64,000 bases of DNA from an uncultured Candidatus Saccharibacteria bacterium (GCA_964645245.1 CAZYBS010000001.1:526-64525); one strand, 5' to 3'; counted from the stretch's first letter, positions 47,697 through 56,790 are shown. Made by a program: numbers and translations. Notes: generated by a model from the sequence alone, not told the origin.

Positions 47697-48977
47697 TCAT
47701 ACGAACCGCTTTGGTATTGGGAACTTTTTAGCCAGAGCTTTGATTTCTTTATGCACAGATTCTTTTATTTTTTTATTATCTTTGTCTTTTAAAACTGTAA
47801 CCATCAGCTCGGCGATGCGTTCACATTCTTTTTCTTTTAATCCACGAGTAGTCATTGCGGGAGTACCAAGCCTTAAGCCACTAGGCCTGAAAGGGGGGTT
47901 GGGATCATCGGGAATCATGCTTTTATTAGTAGTAATGCCGACTGCATCCAGTATTTTTTCAACTTCCCCGCCCAGCATATTAAAAGACTTAACGCAATCA
48001 ATTACCATCATATGATTGTCGGTGCCGTCAGTAACCAGTTTGACCCCCATTTTCATCAATCTCGCCGCTAACTTCTTAGAGTTAACCAAAACTTGTTGTG
48101 CATATTTTTTGAATTTGGGTTTCGATGCTTCATCTAAAGCAACAGCAATCGCCGCAATGGTATGCATATGCGGTCCACCTTGTAAGCCGGGGAAAACACT
48201 TCGGTCTAAAACAGTAGGCAAATTTTCTTTGGTAATTTCAATTTCTTTAAGCGGATTTCCAACTTTCCCTTTGGAAAGTATCAAGCCCCCGCGGGGACCA
48301 CGCAGGGTCTTATGAGTCGTAGTGGTAACAATATCAAAACCGTAATCAAAGGGATTTCGCATCACTCCGGCCGCAACCAAACCTCCAAAGTGCGCTACGT
48401 CAGCCATCGTGAAAGCCCCTACTTCATCAGCCACACGCTTGAAAATAGAGTAATCTAAATCTCTCGGGTAACTGGTATAGCCACAAAGAATTACTTTTGG
48501 TTTGTGTTCTTTTGCCATGGCCAAAAGCTCGTCAAAATCAATCCTCCCTTTGTCTTCAGGATGTGTTTTATAGCGCACCCAATTGAATAGCTTACCCATA
48601 TGAGAAACTGGGTGCCCATGAGTTAAATGTCCACCATGTGATAGATCCATACCCATAATTGTGTCCCCTGGCTTCATGAGTCCAAGATAGACTGCCTGAT
48701 TCATTGGGGAACCCGAGAGTGGCTGCACATTAGCATGGTCGCATTTAAATAATTTCTTGGCGCGTTCTATGGCTAAATTCTCTAATTGATCAGTAAATTC
48801 CTGCCCGCCATAATAACGCCGCCCCGGATAGCCTTCGGAATATTTGTTGGTGAAAACAGAACCATTCGCTTTCAAAACATCCTCCGATACGTAATTTTCG
48901 GATGGGATAAGCTCAAAACTTTCTGCTTGTCTCTTTTTCTCTCCTTTTATTAGTTTTTCCACTAGTTTATCCCGCAT
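47697..48977 (-). CDS. glyA: Serine hydroxymethyltransferase
   Basis: LIPSENY, NKYSEGYPGRRYYGG, HGGHLTHG, TTTTHKTLRGPRGG, FPGLQGGP. Confidence 0.98.
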   Translation of the reverse strand: MRDKLVEKLIKGEKKRQAESFELIPSENYVSEDVLKANGSVFTNKYSEGYPGRRYYGGQEFTDQLENLAIERAKKLFKCDHANVQPLSGSPMNQAVYLGLMKPGDTIMGMDLSHGGHLTHGHPVSHMGKLFNWVRYKTHPEDKGRIDFDELLAMAKEHKPKVILCGYTSYPRDLDYSIFKRVADEVGAFTMADVAHFGGLVAAGVMRNPFDYGFDIVTTTTHKTLRGPRGGLILSKGKVGNPLKEIEITKENLPTVLDRSVFPGLQGGPHMHTIAAIAVALDEASKPKFKKYAQQVLVNSKKLAARLMKMGVKLVTDGTDNHMMVIDCVKSFNMLGGEVEKILDAVGITTNKSMIPDDPNPPFRPSGLRLGTPAMTTRGLKEKECERIAELMVTVLKDKDNKKIKESVHKEIKALAKKFPIPKRFV

Positions 48978-48994
48978 GTTTGCACTATAACAGA

Positions 48995-49875
48995 TTACTT
49001 ACTAAAAGAAAATGTTACATTTTCGCCATTTGATTTCATAATTATAGTGCCAAGTAAGTCGGTCCTAAAAATCTTGACACCAAATTGAGTTAAGATATTT
49101 AATGTTTCTTGGTGCGGATGACCGTATTTATTATCTTTGCCATCTGAAATAACTGCATAAATTGGAGAAACAGCTTTTATAAATTCGTAAGATGTGGAAG
49201 TACGCGAACCATGATGCCCAACTTTTAAAATAGTGCTAGTAAGTTTGTCTTTAAAATTTTCTCCAAGAATTATATTTTCTGTTTTCGTTGTAGCATCACC
49301 AGTGAGCATCACGGATGTCTTTCCATAGATAAGCTTGGCCATAACTGAACCATCATTGCTCGCCCAAGTTGCTACATCTCTGTCCGGAAACAAAATATCA
49401 ATCGCTGCTCCACCTCCAATATTTAGTCGCATTCCTTTTTTGGCTAAAATGTCAGGTATATTTTTGTTTTTTATTTCTGTTTTAAGGTTTTGATAAGTTT
49501 TAGAATCGGTCTGGGTGCCAGACTCAAAAACTCTATCCACTTTGTACACTTTCAAAACATCCAAAAAACCGCCAACGTGGTCTTGGTCTGGATTAGTGAT
49601 GATAATTGCGTCTATCCTTCTGTCAAAGGCGGGCATGACGCGCGCAGCTGGCTTAGTATCCTCCTAGGCGGTCCGCCATCCACTAATATCTGCGTTCCAG
49701 TCGGCGACTCTATAAAAAGAGCATCTCCTTGACCAATATCCAACATGGCAAAAGTGAGTTTTGGGTGGGAATCTTGAAAGTCCTGATAGAAAATGGAAAT
49801 AACTGCGAGTAAAAGCAAAAAGACTAAAATAAACAAGCCATATTTTTGAACATACTGCTTGATATTTTTAAACAT
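48995..49875 (-). pseudogene. ComEC/Rec2 metallo-beta-lactamase domain protein, frameshifted
   Basis: LDIGQGDA..ILVDGGP in one frame, TNPDQDHVGG..LTGDA..LKVGHHGS..YGHPH in the next; adding one G at about 49645 gives SQLARVMPAFDRRID. Confidence 0.75.
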
Positions 49876-49893
49876 GTTATAATACTAGCACGT

Positions 49894-50508
49894 ATGAAAT
49901 TTGAAGAAATGAAATTTAATATTAGCGAGCTGAAAGGTATCTCCGCTAAAAATATAGAAGAGCATTTGAAACTCTACGCCGGTTATGTAAAAAATACCAA
50001 TCTAATCGTTGAAAAAATAGGTGAATATATGGCTGACTCGGAGAAGAATGCTTATGTCATCGGAGAACTACAAAGAAGATTCGGCTTTGAGTTTAATGGT
50101 ATACGCAACCATGAATATTATTTCAAATCTCTAGAGGACGGGGCAAGACCGCTACCAGTAAATTCGAAATTGAGAAAGGCTATAGAAAAATTTACCCCGT
50201 CAACGGCGGGGCAAGCACCGTCTTTTGATTTATGGCTCTCCGGCTTCAAGTTACTCGCAATGACTCGTGGAATCGGCTGGGCAGTACTTGGCTATGACAA
50301 ACAGACACAACAATTTGTACATATCTGGATAGACGAGCAGCATCTGGGACAGTTAAACGGAGTTGATTGGATTTTAGGAATTGATATGTGGGAACACGCT
50401 TATGTTTATGATTATCCAACTTCAGAAAAGAAAAAATATGTGGAAGCATTTTTTGAAAATCTCAATTGGGAAGTAATAGAAGAAAACTTTATAAAAGCAG
50501 AGCGTTAA
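49894..50508 (+). CDS. sod: Fe/Mn superoxide dismutase
   Basis: EEH.KLY.GYV, NHEYYF, G.GWA.L, DMWEHAY; start ATG 49894; hairpin insert at 50191-50211. Confidence 0.88.
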   Translation: MKFEEMKFNISELKGISAKNIEEHLKLYAGYVKNTNLIVEKIGEYMADSEKNAYVIGELQRRFGFEFNGIRNHEYYFKSLEDGARPLPVNSKLRKAIEKFTPSTAGQAPSFDLWLSGFKLLAMTRGIGWAVLGYDKQTQQFVHIWIDEQHLGQLNGVDWILGIDMWEHAYVYDYPTSEKKKYVEAFFENLNWEVIEENFIKAER

Positions 50509-50565
50509 GGAAAAATATAAAAATTTTCTTGCGGGCAATACAGTAGCCTCCCGCTACTAAAACTT

Positions 50566-52026
50566 TTATATTTCCCCTTCTAGTTTAAAAAAGCTTTTTA
50601 TGCTCCTGCCGAAAAGTCTATAAATAAAATATAAATAGACTAAAAGTGTCAAAAAAAGTGGAAAATCCGGAATGGATAACGAGGCAAATGGAATATTTGC
50701 GAAAAAACTAACGACTCCCAGCTCATAATGCAGCAGCAGATATGAAATATGGCCTAATGGTACAGCTAGTACATACCAAATAATTCCTAGAAAACTAGTC
50801 AGAAATCCCAGAAGCATTGTAAATGGAATAAAGGGAAGTATTAAAACATTTGCCGGCAATGCCACCAGTGACAAATTGCCCATTTTGTAAAGAATAAAAG
50901 GTAGGACAAAAATATATACTGCGCAAGTGACTGATATAATATCTCGCAACTTAAATTTGATGGTAACCCACCAGAAATATTTTTCAATTTTGGGCGCAAA
51001 GAAAATTATGGCAACAGTAGCAATAAAGGAAAGCTGAAAGGACACATCATAAACGAGAACAAACGGATTTAATAAAATCATAACAATACCAGCCAGGAGA
51101 AGTGCCCGCGCGACATCATAGTTTCGCCCAGTCGCGCGGGCCACAAGTACTAAAGTTGCCATTATTCCCGCTCTAAGTGCGGTAGAGCTTGCGCCGGTCA
51201 TTATGATAAATAAAAAGATTGCGAACATCCCCATTCCAATACCAAGATTCTTAGGAAGAAAGGCAAACAATTTCATAAACCATTCGGCAACTATTGTAAT
51301 GTTGTATCCGGACAAAGCGACAATATGTATCGTACCTGTGTCTATGAAACTTTTTCTTAAATCTTCACTAAACGCTGCCTTTTCGCCCAAGATGAGCCCA
51401 CCCATCAGCAAATTCTCTGGACTCCTGATGGCAAAATTAACTTTCTCTAAAAACTTACCTTTAATAGAAAATAAAAAACTTTTGATTTTATTGCCATTGC
51501 CTCGCGATACAATCTCAATGCTTGGATAATTCATCACATAAAAAACTCCGTCTTTCCTCAAGTAATTGACATAATCAAATTCTTTGCCCTGGTCGGTAAT
51601 AAAATTCTTCGGTTTCTCCAGTTTTCCTGAAAAACTAATCTCATCGCCATATCTATAATTATTTTCAGCATCGGTGGTAATTAAAATTTTGGTTTCTTTG
51701 GTTTGAATAATTAACTTTTGATTGTTCTCTCTTATGTCCGGTTCATCAACTATTTCACCAAACATTGAAATGGTCCGCAGTGCCGGCTTATCGGCAACAT
51801 GAAACCTGAAAATCCCTAGGCAAAATGCCAAAATAAAAATCGTCGATATTATATCCCAACGATACTTTAGTGAACTAAAGTTCTTTAGCAGACTAAAGTA
51901 AAGAATTAAGGCCCCAGTTAAGAGTAGGACCAGTAAAACTAAATACAAATTTACAAAAACAAAAGAGCGCAACAGCACCCCGAGAGCAAAACCGAAACAA
52001 GACAAATAAAAAATTCTATCTCGCAT
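50566..52026 (-). CDS. comEC: ComEC competence membrane channel domain (DUF4131 + Competence)
   Basis: FDY..YL, G..HIVALSGYNI, S.LRAGIM, NP....DVSFQLSF.A. Confidence 0.92.
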   Translation of the reverse strand: MRDRIFYLSCFGFALGVLLRSFVFVNLYLVLLVLLLTGALILYFSLLKNFSSLKYRWDIISTIFILAFCLGIFRFHVADKPALRTISMFGEIVDEPDIRENNQKLIIQTKETKILITTDAENNYRYGDEISFSGKLEKPKNFITDQGKEFDYVNYLRKDGVFYVMNYPSIEIVSRGNGNKIKSFLFSIKGKFLEKVNFAIRSPENLLMGGLILGEKAAFSEDLRKSFIDTGTIHIVALSGYNITIVAEWFMKLFAFLPKNLGIGMGMFAIFLFIIMTGASSTALRAGIMATLVLVARATGRNYDVARALLLAGIVMILLNPFVLVYDVSFQLSFIATVAIIFFAPKIEKYFWWVTIKFKLRDIISVTCAVYIFVLPFILYKMGNLSLVALPANVLILPFIPFTMLLGFLTSFLGIIWYVLAVPLGHISYLLLHYELGVVSFFANIPFASLSIPDFPLFLTLLVYLYFIYRLFGRSIKSFFKLEGEI

Positions 52027-52504
52027 CTTTTAACTTCACCGGCATAGCTTCCGCGAAACCGGTGGCAATTTCGTCCGCTCGGTCGTTGTATTTATCTTCA
52101 TTATGTCCTTTGACATAGGTCCATTTAGGATTAAGCTCTTTTGTAAGTGTATAGAGTTCTTCCCAAAGTTCACGATTAAGTACTGGCCTTTTGTTGGCAT
52201 TGCGCCAATTATTTTTCATCCAATTTTTTATCCATTCTGTAATCCCTAAAATCACATATTTTGAATCAGAAACAATTTCTATATGTCTCCTGTTTGAAAA
52301 TTTATTTTTTATATGCTTCAGCGCTTCTATGGGCGCAGTCAGCTCCATCTGGTTGTTCGTAGCATGCTCTACTTTGCCACCAATTTCAATGCGCCCTTGG
52401 CCGCCATAATTTTGCGGAAGCAAAATGACGGCGGCCCAGCCAGCGCTTCCCGGATTCCCCTTTGCCGCCCCGTCAGTATAAATTTTTATTGTATCTTTTG
52501 CCAT
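52016..52504 (-). CDS. rnhA: Ribonuclease HI
   Basis: YTDGAAKGNPG..GW, TNNQMEL.A, SDSKY..GI..W, VKGH..NDRAD. Confidence 0.96.
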   Translation of the reverse strand: MAKDTIKIYTDGAAKGNPGSAGWAAVILLPQNYGGQGRIEIGGKVEHATNNQMELTAPIEALKHIKNKFSNRRHIEIVSDSKYVILGITEWIKNWMKNNWRNANKRPVLNRELWEELYTLTKELNPKWTYVKGHNEDKYNDRADEIATGFAEAMPVKLKDAR

Positions 52505-52506
52505 AA

Positions 52507-54231
52507 TTAAGAAATATCAACTACTCTTAATCTTAACTCTTCTTTGCCTCTAAATCTAGACAAATCAAAGGTGGCTAAAAGATCAACGTTCTTATCTTCA
52601 GTCAGGGGTATTTTAAAAGAATCGTGATTAGAAAAAAAAGAAATTGCTTTGGCTTTATGTTTATCGGCATCAGAAAAAATAATTTCTAAATGTTCGCCGG
52701 AGCCATTTTTGCCGAACTTTTTAATATTTTCTATTTTCACATTTTCAAAAAGAAAAATTGGTTTTGGATTGCCAAGACCAAAAGGCGCGAGTTTTTCCAT
52801 TTCACGCCAATTTTTCATATTTACATCAACTAAAGAAAGTTTTGCATCAAAACCGACCCCCTCCCCCCTCCCCCTTGTCAAGGGGGAGGTGCTGGAAGCA
52901 GAGGGGGTAATTTTCGCGTAAGAGATAGATAAGGCTTCTTCTAAGAAATGAATTTTCTCATTATGAACTGTGAATCCTCCAGCCAGTTCGTGCCCGCCGA
53001 AATCCAGGAAATATTCTCGGTTTTCTGTCATCAGCTCCACCACCGATACTGACCCATCACTCCGGCAAGAGCCTTTGATACAATCATTTTCGTCTTTTCC
53101 CCAGACAAAAACAGGTTTTTTGTACTGATCCGAAATTTTCCCAGCCACCAGACCCAATATTCCTACACGCCAATTGGGATTACCCATTACGATAACATCT
53201 CTGTGTTCACGCAAAGGACTCATGCTAAACTTTTTATTTACTTCGCGCATAATACCGGTTACAATAGTTTTTCTCTCATCATTGATTTTGGATAAATAGT
53301 CTGCCAAGACTCCGCCCCTGGCCTCATCATCCGTTGCTAGAAGCTCAAAAGCCCGCAGTGGGTCATCCATGCGGGAAGCGGCATTAAGGCGAGGAGTAAC
53401 CATAAAGCATATATCATCCTCCGACAAATATCTTTGGTCAATATTCATTTTGGCTAAAAGCTTTTGCAAACCCGGGCGAGGAGATTTTCTCAACACTTTC
53501 ATTCCAAAATACGAGATAGCTCTATTTTCTCCTGTTAGCGGAACCATGTCAGAAAGCGTGGCCAAGCCTGCCATATCCAGCATCCACTTCTCAGAGCCCA
53601 TTTTGATTTTAAAATATTCGCCATACTTTTTTACAAAAGCTTGCGCGAACTTAAAAACCACCCCTGCGCCACAGAGCCCGCCCGAATCGCTACGCGAAGC
53701 GTTGCGGGCGGGCATTTTCCCCGGATAACCATCCACTTTTGGGTTCAGAATAGCGTAAGCCCGCGGCAAAATTTCGGGTGGAATATGATGGTCGGTAATT
53801 ATTACATCAATGCCATCTACCTCGGCTTGAGCCACCTCCGCCACGGCCGTAATACCAAGATCAATGGTTATCAAAAGTTTTACTCCTTTTTCGCTAAATT
53901 GTTTTATCGCATCAAGATTGAGCCCGTATCCTTCAGAATTTCTTTGAGGTATATAAATTTCATAATTTTTGTAATTTATTTTTTTTAACAAATCCTGTAA
54001 AATCACCGCTCCCGGAATTCCATCGCAATCATAATCCGCGTAAATGACTATTTTTTCTTTATTCTCTATTGCTTCAAAAAGCCGGACACAAGCCTTCTCC
54101 ATATCTTTCATTAAAAATGGGTCATGCAAATCTCTTTCGTAATTTGGATTAAGAAAAGTCTCCGCTTGTGTTTCGTCAGTAATTCCCCTCTTTTCTAAAA
54201 GTGTCCTTAGTAATTCGCCGTACTTTTGCAT
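52507..54231 (-). CDS. recJ: ssDNA exonuclease RecJ
   Basis: YADYDCDG, IPQR..EGYGL, TDHH, CGAGV.FK, PRLNAASR, GSCRS, FGGH..AGG, PFGLGNP.P; start ATG 54231; two inserts. Confidence 0.96.
   Translation of the reverse strand: MQKYGELLRTLLEKRGITDETQAETFLNPNYERDLHDPFLMKDMEKACVRLFEAIENKEKIVIYADYDCDGIPGAVILQDLLKKINYKNYEIYIPQRNSEGYGLNLDAIKQFSEKGVKLLITIDLGITAVAEVAQAEVDGIDVIITDHHIPPEILPRAYAILNPKVDGYPGKMPARNASRSDSGGLCGAGVVFKFAQAFVKKYGEYFKIKMGSEKWMLDMAGLATLSDMVPLTGENRAISYFGMKVLRKSPRPGLQKLLAKMNIDQRYLSEDDICFMVTPRLNAASRMDDPLRAFELLATDDEARGGVLADYLSKINDERKTIVTGIMREVNKKFSMSPLREHRDVIVMGNPNWRVGILGLVAGKISDQYKKPVFVWGKDENDCIKGSCRSDGSVSVVELMTENREYFLDFGGHELAGGFTVHNEKIHFLEEALSISYAKITPSASSTSPLTRGRGEGVGFDAKLSLVDVNMKNWREMEKLAPFGLGNPKPIFLFENVKIENIKKFGKNGSGEHLEIIFSDADKHKAKAISFFSNHDSFKIPLTEDKNVDLLATFDLSRFRGKEELRLRVVDIS
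52856..52908. repeat. Family A element in-frame in recJ
   Basis: cctcccccttgtcaagggggagg core; TPSASSTSPLTRGRGEG. Confidence 0.7.
53677..53712. mobile_element. Family B element, 36 nt, in-frame in recJ
   Basis: PARNASRSDSGG; removal restores YPGKMLCGAGV. Confidence 0.88.
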
Positions 54232-54260
54232 AAATGGAATTTTAGCATATAATAGAGTAA

Positions 54261-54321
54261 ATAGAACAAATTTTTTGAAGGCGACGTTGCGAAGCAGGAG
54301 TCTGAAAAAACTTTGTTCTAT
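54261..54321. repeat. Hairpin element with a 35-nt core repeated at 55984-56018
   Basis: ggcgacgttgcgaagcaggagtctgaaaaaacttt identical in both copies; outer arms differ but are self-complementary. Confidence 0.8.
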
Positions 54322-54331
54322 GAAACAATTT

Positions 54332-54685
54332 ATGGAAAACTGTATTTTCTGCAAAATTATAAAAAAAGAAATACCTTGTACGAAAGTTTACGAGGATGAA
54401 AACTTTTTGGCTTTTTTGGATATAAACCCAATGGGTCCGGGACACACTCAGGTAATACCGAAAAAGCATTACAGATGGGTCTGGGATGTTCCAAATGCTG
54501 GAGAATTTTTTGAAGTTGCTAAGAAAATAGCCTTGGCTCAAAAAAAAGCATTTAATGCGGATATCGTGCGTTCCCAGGTTTACGGTGAAGAAATATCTCA
54601 TGCCCACATCTGGGTCTGGCCGGAAGTTGCCGGCGATGAAAAAGATTTGGTCGGGAATGCGAAAAAAATTATTTCAGCATTTTAA
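54332..54685 (+). CDS. HIT family nucleotide hydrolase
   Basis: CIFCKI, AFLDINP..PGH..VIPKKH, HAHIW. Confidence 0.92.
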   Translation: MENCIFCKIIKKEIPCTKVYEDENFLAFLDINPMGPGHTQVIPKKHYRWVWDVPNAGEFFEVAKKIALAQKKAFNADIVRSQVYGEEISHAHIWVWPEVAGDEKDLVGNAKKIISAF

Positions 54686-54690
54686 AGTAA

Positions 54691-55944
54691 TTACTTCAAT
54701 ATCAACGGTGTAAGCGCCGGAAGCTCTTTGCCGGCTAAAAATTCTAAGGTAGCGCCGGCAGCGAGGCTCACGTGTGAATAATCATCTAAATTTCCATACC
54801 GGCGCGCTATAATGGTAGTGTCTCCTCCAGCAAGGATAGTTTGTCCCCCCAGATTTTTGCTGAGTTCTTTCATGGCAGTAAGTATCGCTTCTCCACCATT
54901 TGCAAACTTTTCATCTTCAAACTTTCCCATCGGACCGGCCAGAAAAACAGTTTTAGATTGCGCAATTATGTCCATAAAATTTTTGACTGTTTTAGGCCCA
55001 ATATCAAGCGCTGCCCATTGGTCTGGCACCCCTTCGGAAAAAATATTGATAATTTTTGTTGAAACTCCGTCAGAAATCACCACATCTTCTGGATACACAA
55101 TTTTATCTTTATATTTTTGCAATATTTCTTTCGCATACAAAACCCAGTCTTTCTTTTCACGTTTCTTTTCATCTACAAAGACGTCTTCAATGAAAGAATC
55201 CCCAAGTGCTCTGCCTTGCGCTTTCAGAAAAACACTCGCCACGGCGCCACCCACCAGGACTGTGTCGGCTATTTTTAATAAACTATTTACCGCGTCTACT
55301 TTGTCAGAAATTTTTGCCCCGCCAATAATAACAGTGAAGGGATGTCTCGGACTCTCCAGCAAAGTAGATAACATTTCAACTTCACTCTTCAAATAAAGGC
55401 CGGCCACGGCCTCCAGATGCCGTTCAATGCCGGTCGTGGAAGCATGAATTCTATGGGCTTGAGGAAAACCATCAAAAACAATCAGGTCTTTCCCGCGGCA
55501 GAGCTTTTGCGCGAAAATATCATCATCAATCATTTCTTCGCTATAAAACCGTACATTTTCAAGCATCAGGATATCTCCCGGCTGCATTTTAGCAACTCTG
55601 TCATCAACCTCTTTACCGATACAGTCGTCTACTTTCAGAACCAGATGATGCAAAAGCAGGGAAAGTCTTTGCGCATGAGGCGTGGTGCGAAGTTGTTCCA
55701 CGACATGACCGTCAGGACGCCCGACGTAAGTCAGAATAACGATTTTACAATTTTCTTTCAGGAGATATTGAAGCGTCGGAAGCGTTGCTTTTATGCGCAT
55801 ATCGTCAACAAGCTCCCAAACGCCATTTACTTCCCCGCCCGAACGACTGTTCAGTCGGGCGGGTTTCACATCAATATCATAAGGAGCGCGGTAAAGAATA
55901 GTTTTCTCTTTTAAGTCTATATTTTGTAATGTTTTAAGTTTCAT
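54691..55944 (-). CDS. pgk: Phosphoglycerate kinase (divergent)
   Basis: DDMRI, GRP, LENVRF, AHR.HAS, GGAKISDK, LDIGPKT, GPMG.FE, GGDT, LEFL.GK.LP; family B insert at 55834-55863. Confidence 0.88.
   Translation of the reverse strand: MKLKTLQNIDLKEKTILYRAPYDIDVKPARLNSRSGGEVNGVWELVDDMRIKATLPTLQYLLKENCKIVILTYVGRPDGHVVEQLRTTPHAQRLSLLLHHLVLKVDDCIGKEVDDRVAKMQPGDILMLENVRFYSEEMIDDDIFAQKLCRGKDLIVFDGFPQAHRIHASTTGIERHLEAVAGLYLKSEVEMLSTLLESPRHPFTVIIGGAKISDKVDAVNSLLKIADTVLVGGAVASVFLKAQGRALGDSFIEDVFVDEKKREKKDWVLYAKEILQKYKDKIVYPEDVVISDGVSTKIINIFSEGVPDQWAALDIGPKTVKNFMDIIAQSKTVFLAGPMGKFEDEKFANGGEAILTAMKELSKNLGGQTILAGGDTTIIARRYGNLDDYSHVSLAAGATLEFLAGKELPALTPLILK
55834..55863. mobile_element. Family B 30-mer, in-frame in pgk
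   Basis: PARLNSRSGG; identical DNA to 26947-26976 and 31152-31181. Confidence 0.9.
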
Positions 55945-56016
55945 CTGTGTTTTTATAAAAATAGCAGGATAAAGTTTTTGAATGGCGACGTTGCGAAGCA
56001 GGAGTCTGAAAAAACT

Positions 56017-56790
56017 TTATCCTGCTATATTTTCCGCTATTTTAATAATTTCCACGAATTTTTTCGCATCCAGGCTGGCGCGGCCGGGTAATAATCCATC
56101 GACACCCCCATTTTCCAAAAAATCCTCCGCATCTTTTTCATTGGCCGAACCGCCATAAATAACTCTGACTTTGGATGCTTCCAAGCCAAATTTATCAGAA
56201 AGAATTTTACGAATAAAGATAGCCATTTCCAGAGAATCAGCCGGAGTGGCATCTCGGCGATTAAGAGTACTGGAAATCGCCCAAATTGGCTCATAGGCGA
56301 TAATAATTTTTGAAATTGAATTTTTAGAAATCCCATTTAAGCATTCTCCAAGCTGAACTTTGACTAAGTTAAAATAACTGTGATTCTCATCACGCACATT
56401 TTCCCCGACGCAGACTATTGGTCTCAATCCGGCCGAAAGCGATGCCCTGATTTTTTTATTCACCTCGTTATTACTCTCTCCTAAGGCACGCCTCTCGGAG
56501 TGGCCCAAGATTACATATCTGGTGCCAATATTGTAGAGCATCTCTCCTGAAACTTCACCTGTAAAAGCACCCACCTCTCCCCAAAAAGCATCCTGCGCGC
56601 CCAAAGATATTTTTCTAGAGAATTTCTTTAACTTTTCCAAATAAATAAACGGGGGGCAAATTACGACTTCAGTTTTTCTTGCAGTTTTTTTAATACCAGA
56701 AATATACTTTGCCACATCACTAAACAATTTCTCCGCGTCTTTCAGAGATATGGGATTCATTTTCCAGTTGCCGATGATAATTTTCTTCAT
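56017..56790 (-). CDS. tpiA: Triosephosphate isomerase
   Basis: GNWKMN, GAFTGEVS, GHSERR, AYEPIWAI, YGGS; start ATG 56790. Confidence 0.96.
   Translation of the reverse strand: MKKIIIGNWKMNPISLKDAEKLFSDVAKYISGIKKTARKTEVVICPPFIYLEKLKKFSRKISLGAQDAFWGEVGAFTGEVSGEMLYNIGTRYVILGHSERRALGESNNEVNKKIRASLSAGLRPIVCVGENVRDENHSYFNLVKVQLGECLNGISKNSISKIIIAYEPIWAISSTLNRRDATPADSLEMAIFIRKILSDKFGLEASKVRVIYGGSANEKDAEDFLENGGVDGLLPGRASLDAKKFVEIIKIAENIAG

Noticed and set aside
54232-54354. Extended N-termini of recJ and the HIT gene in the ORF track
   Set aside because: The extensions run through the intergenic hairpin repeat; homology begins at ATG 54231 and ATG 54332.
2870-55863. Inteins or self-splicing introns as the explanation for the in-frame inserts
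   Set aside because: Far too short, no Cys/Ser..His-Asn ends or group I/II cores, and the same DNA is used in different frames and orientations.
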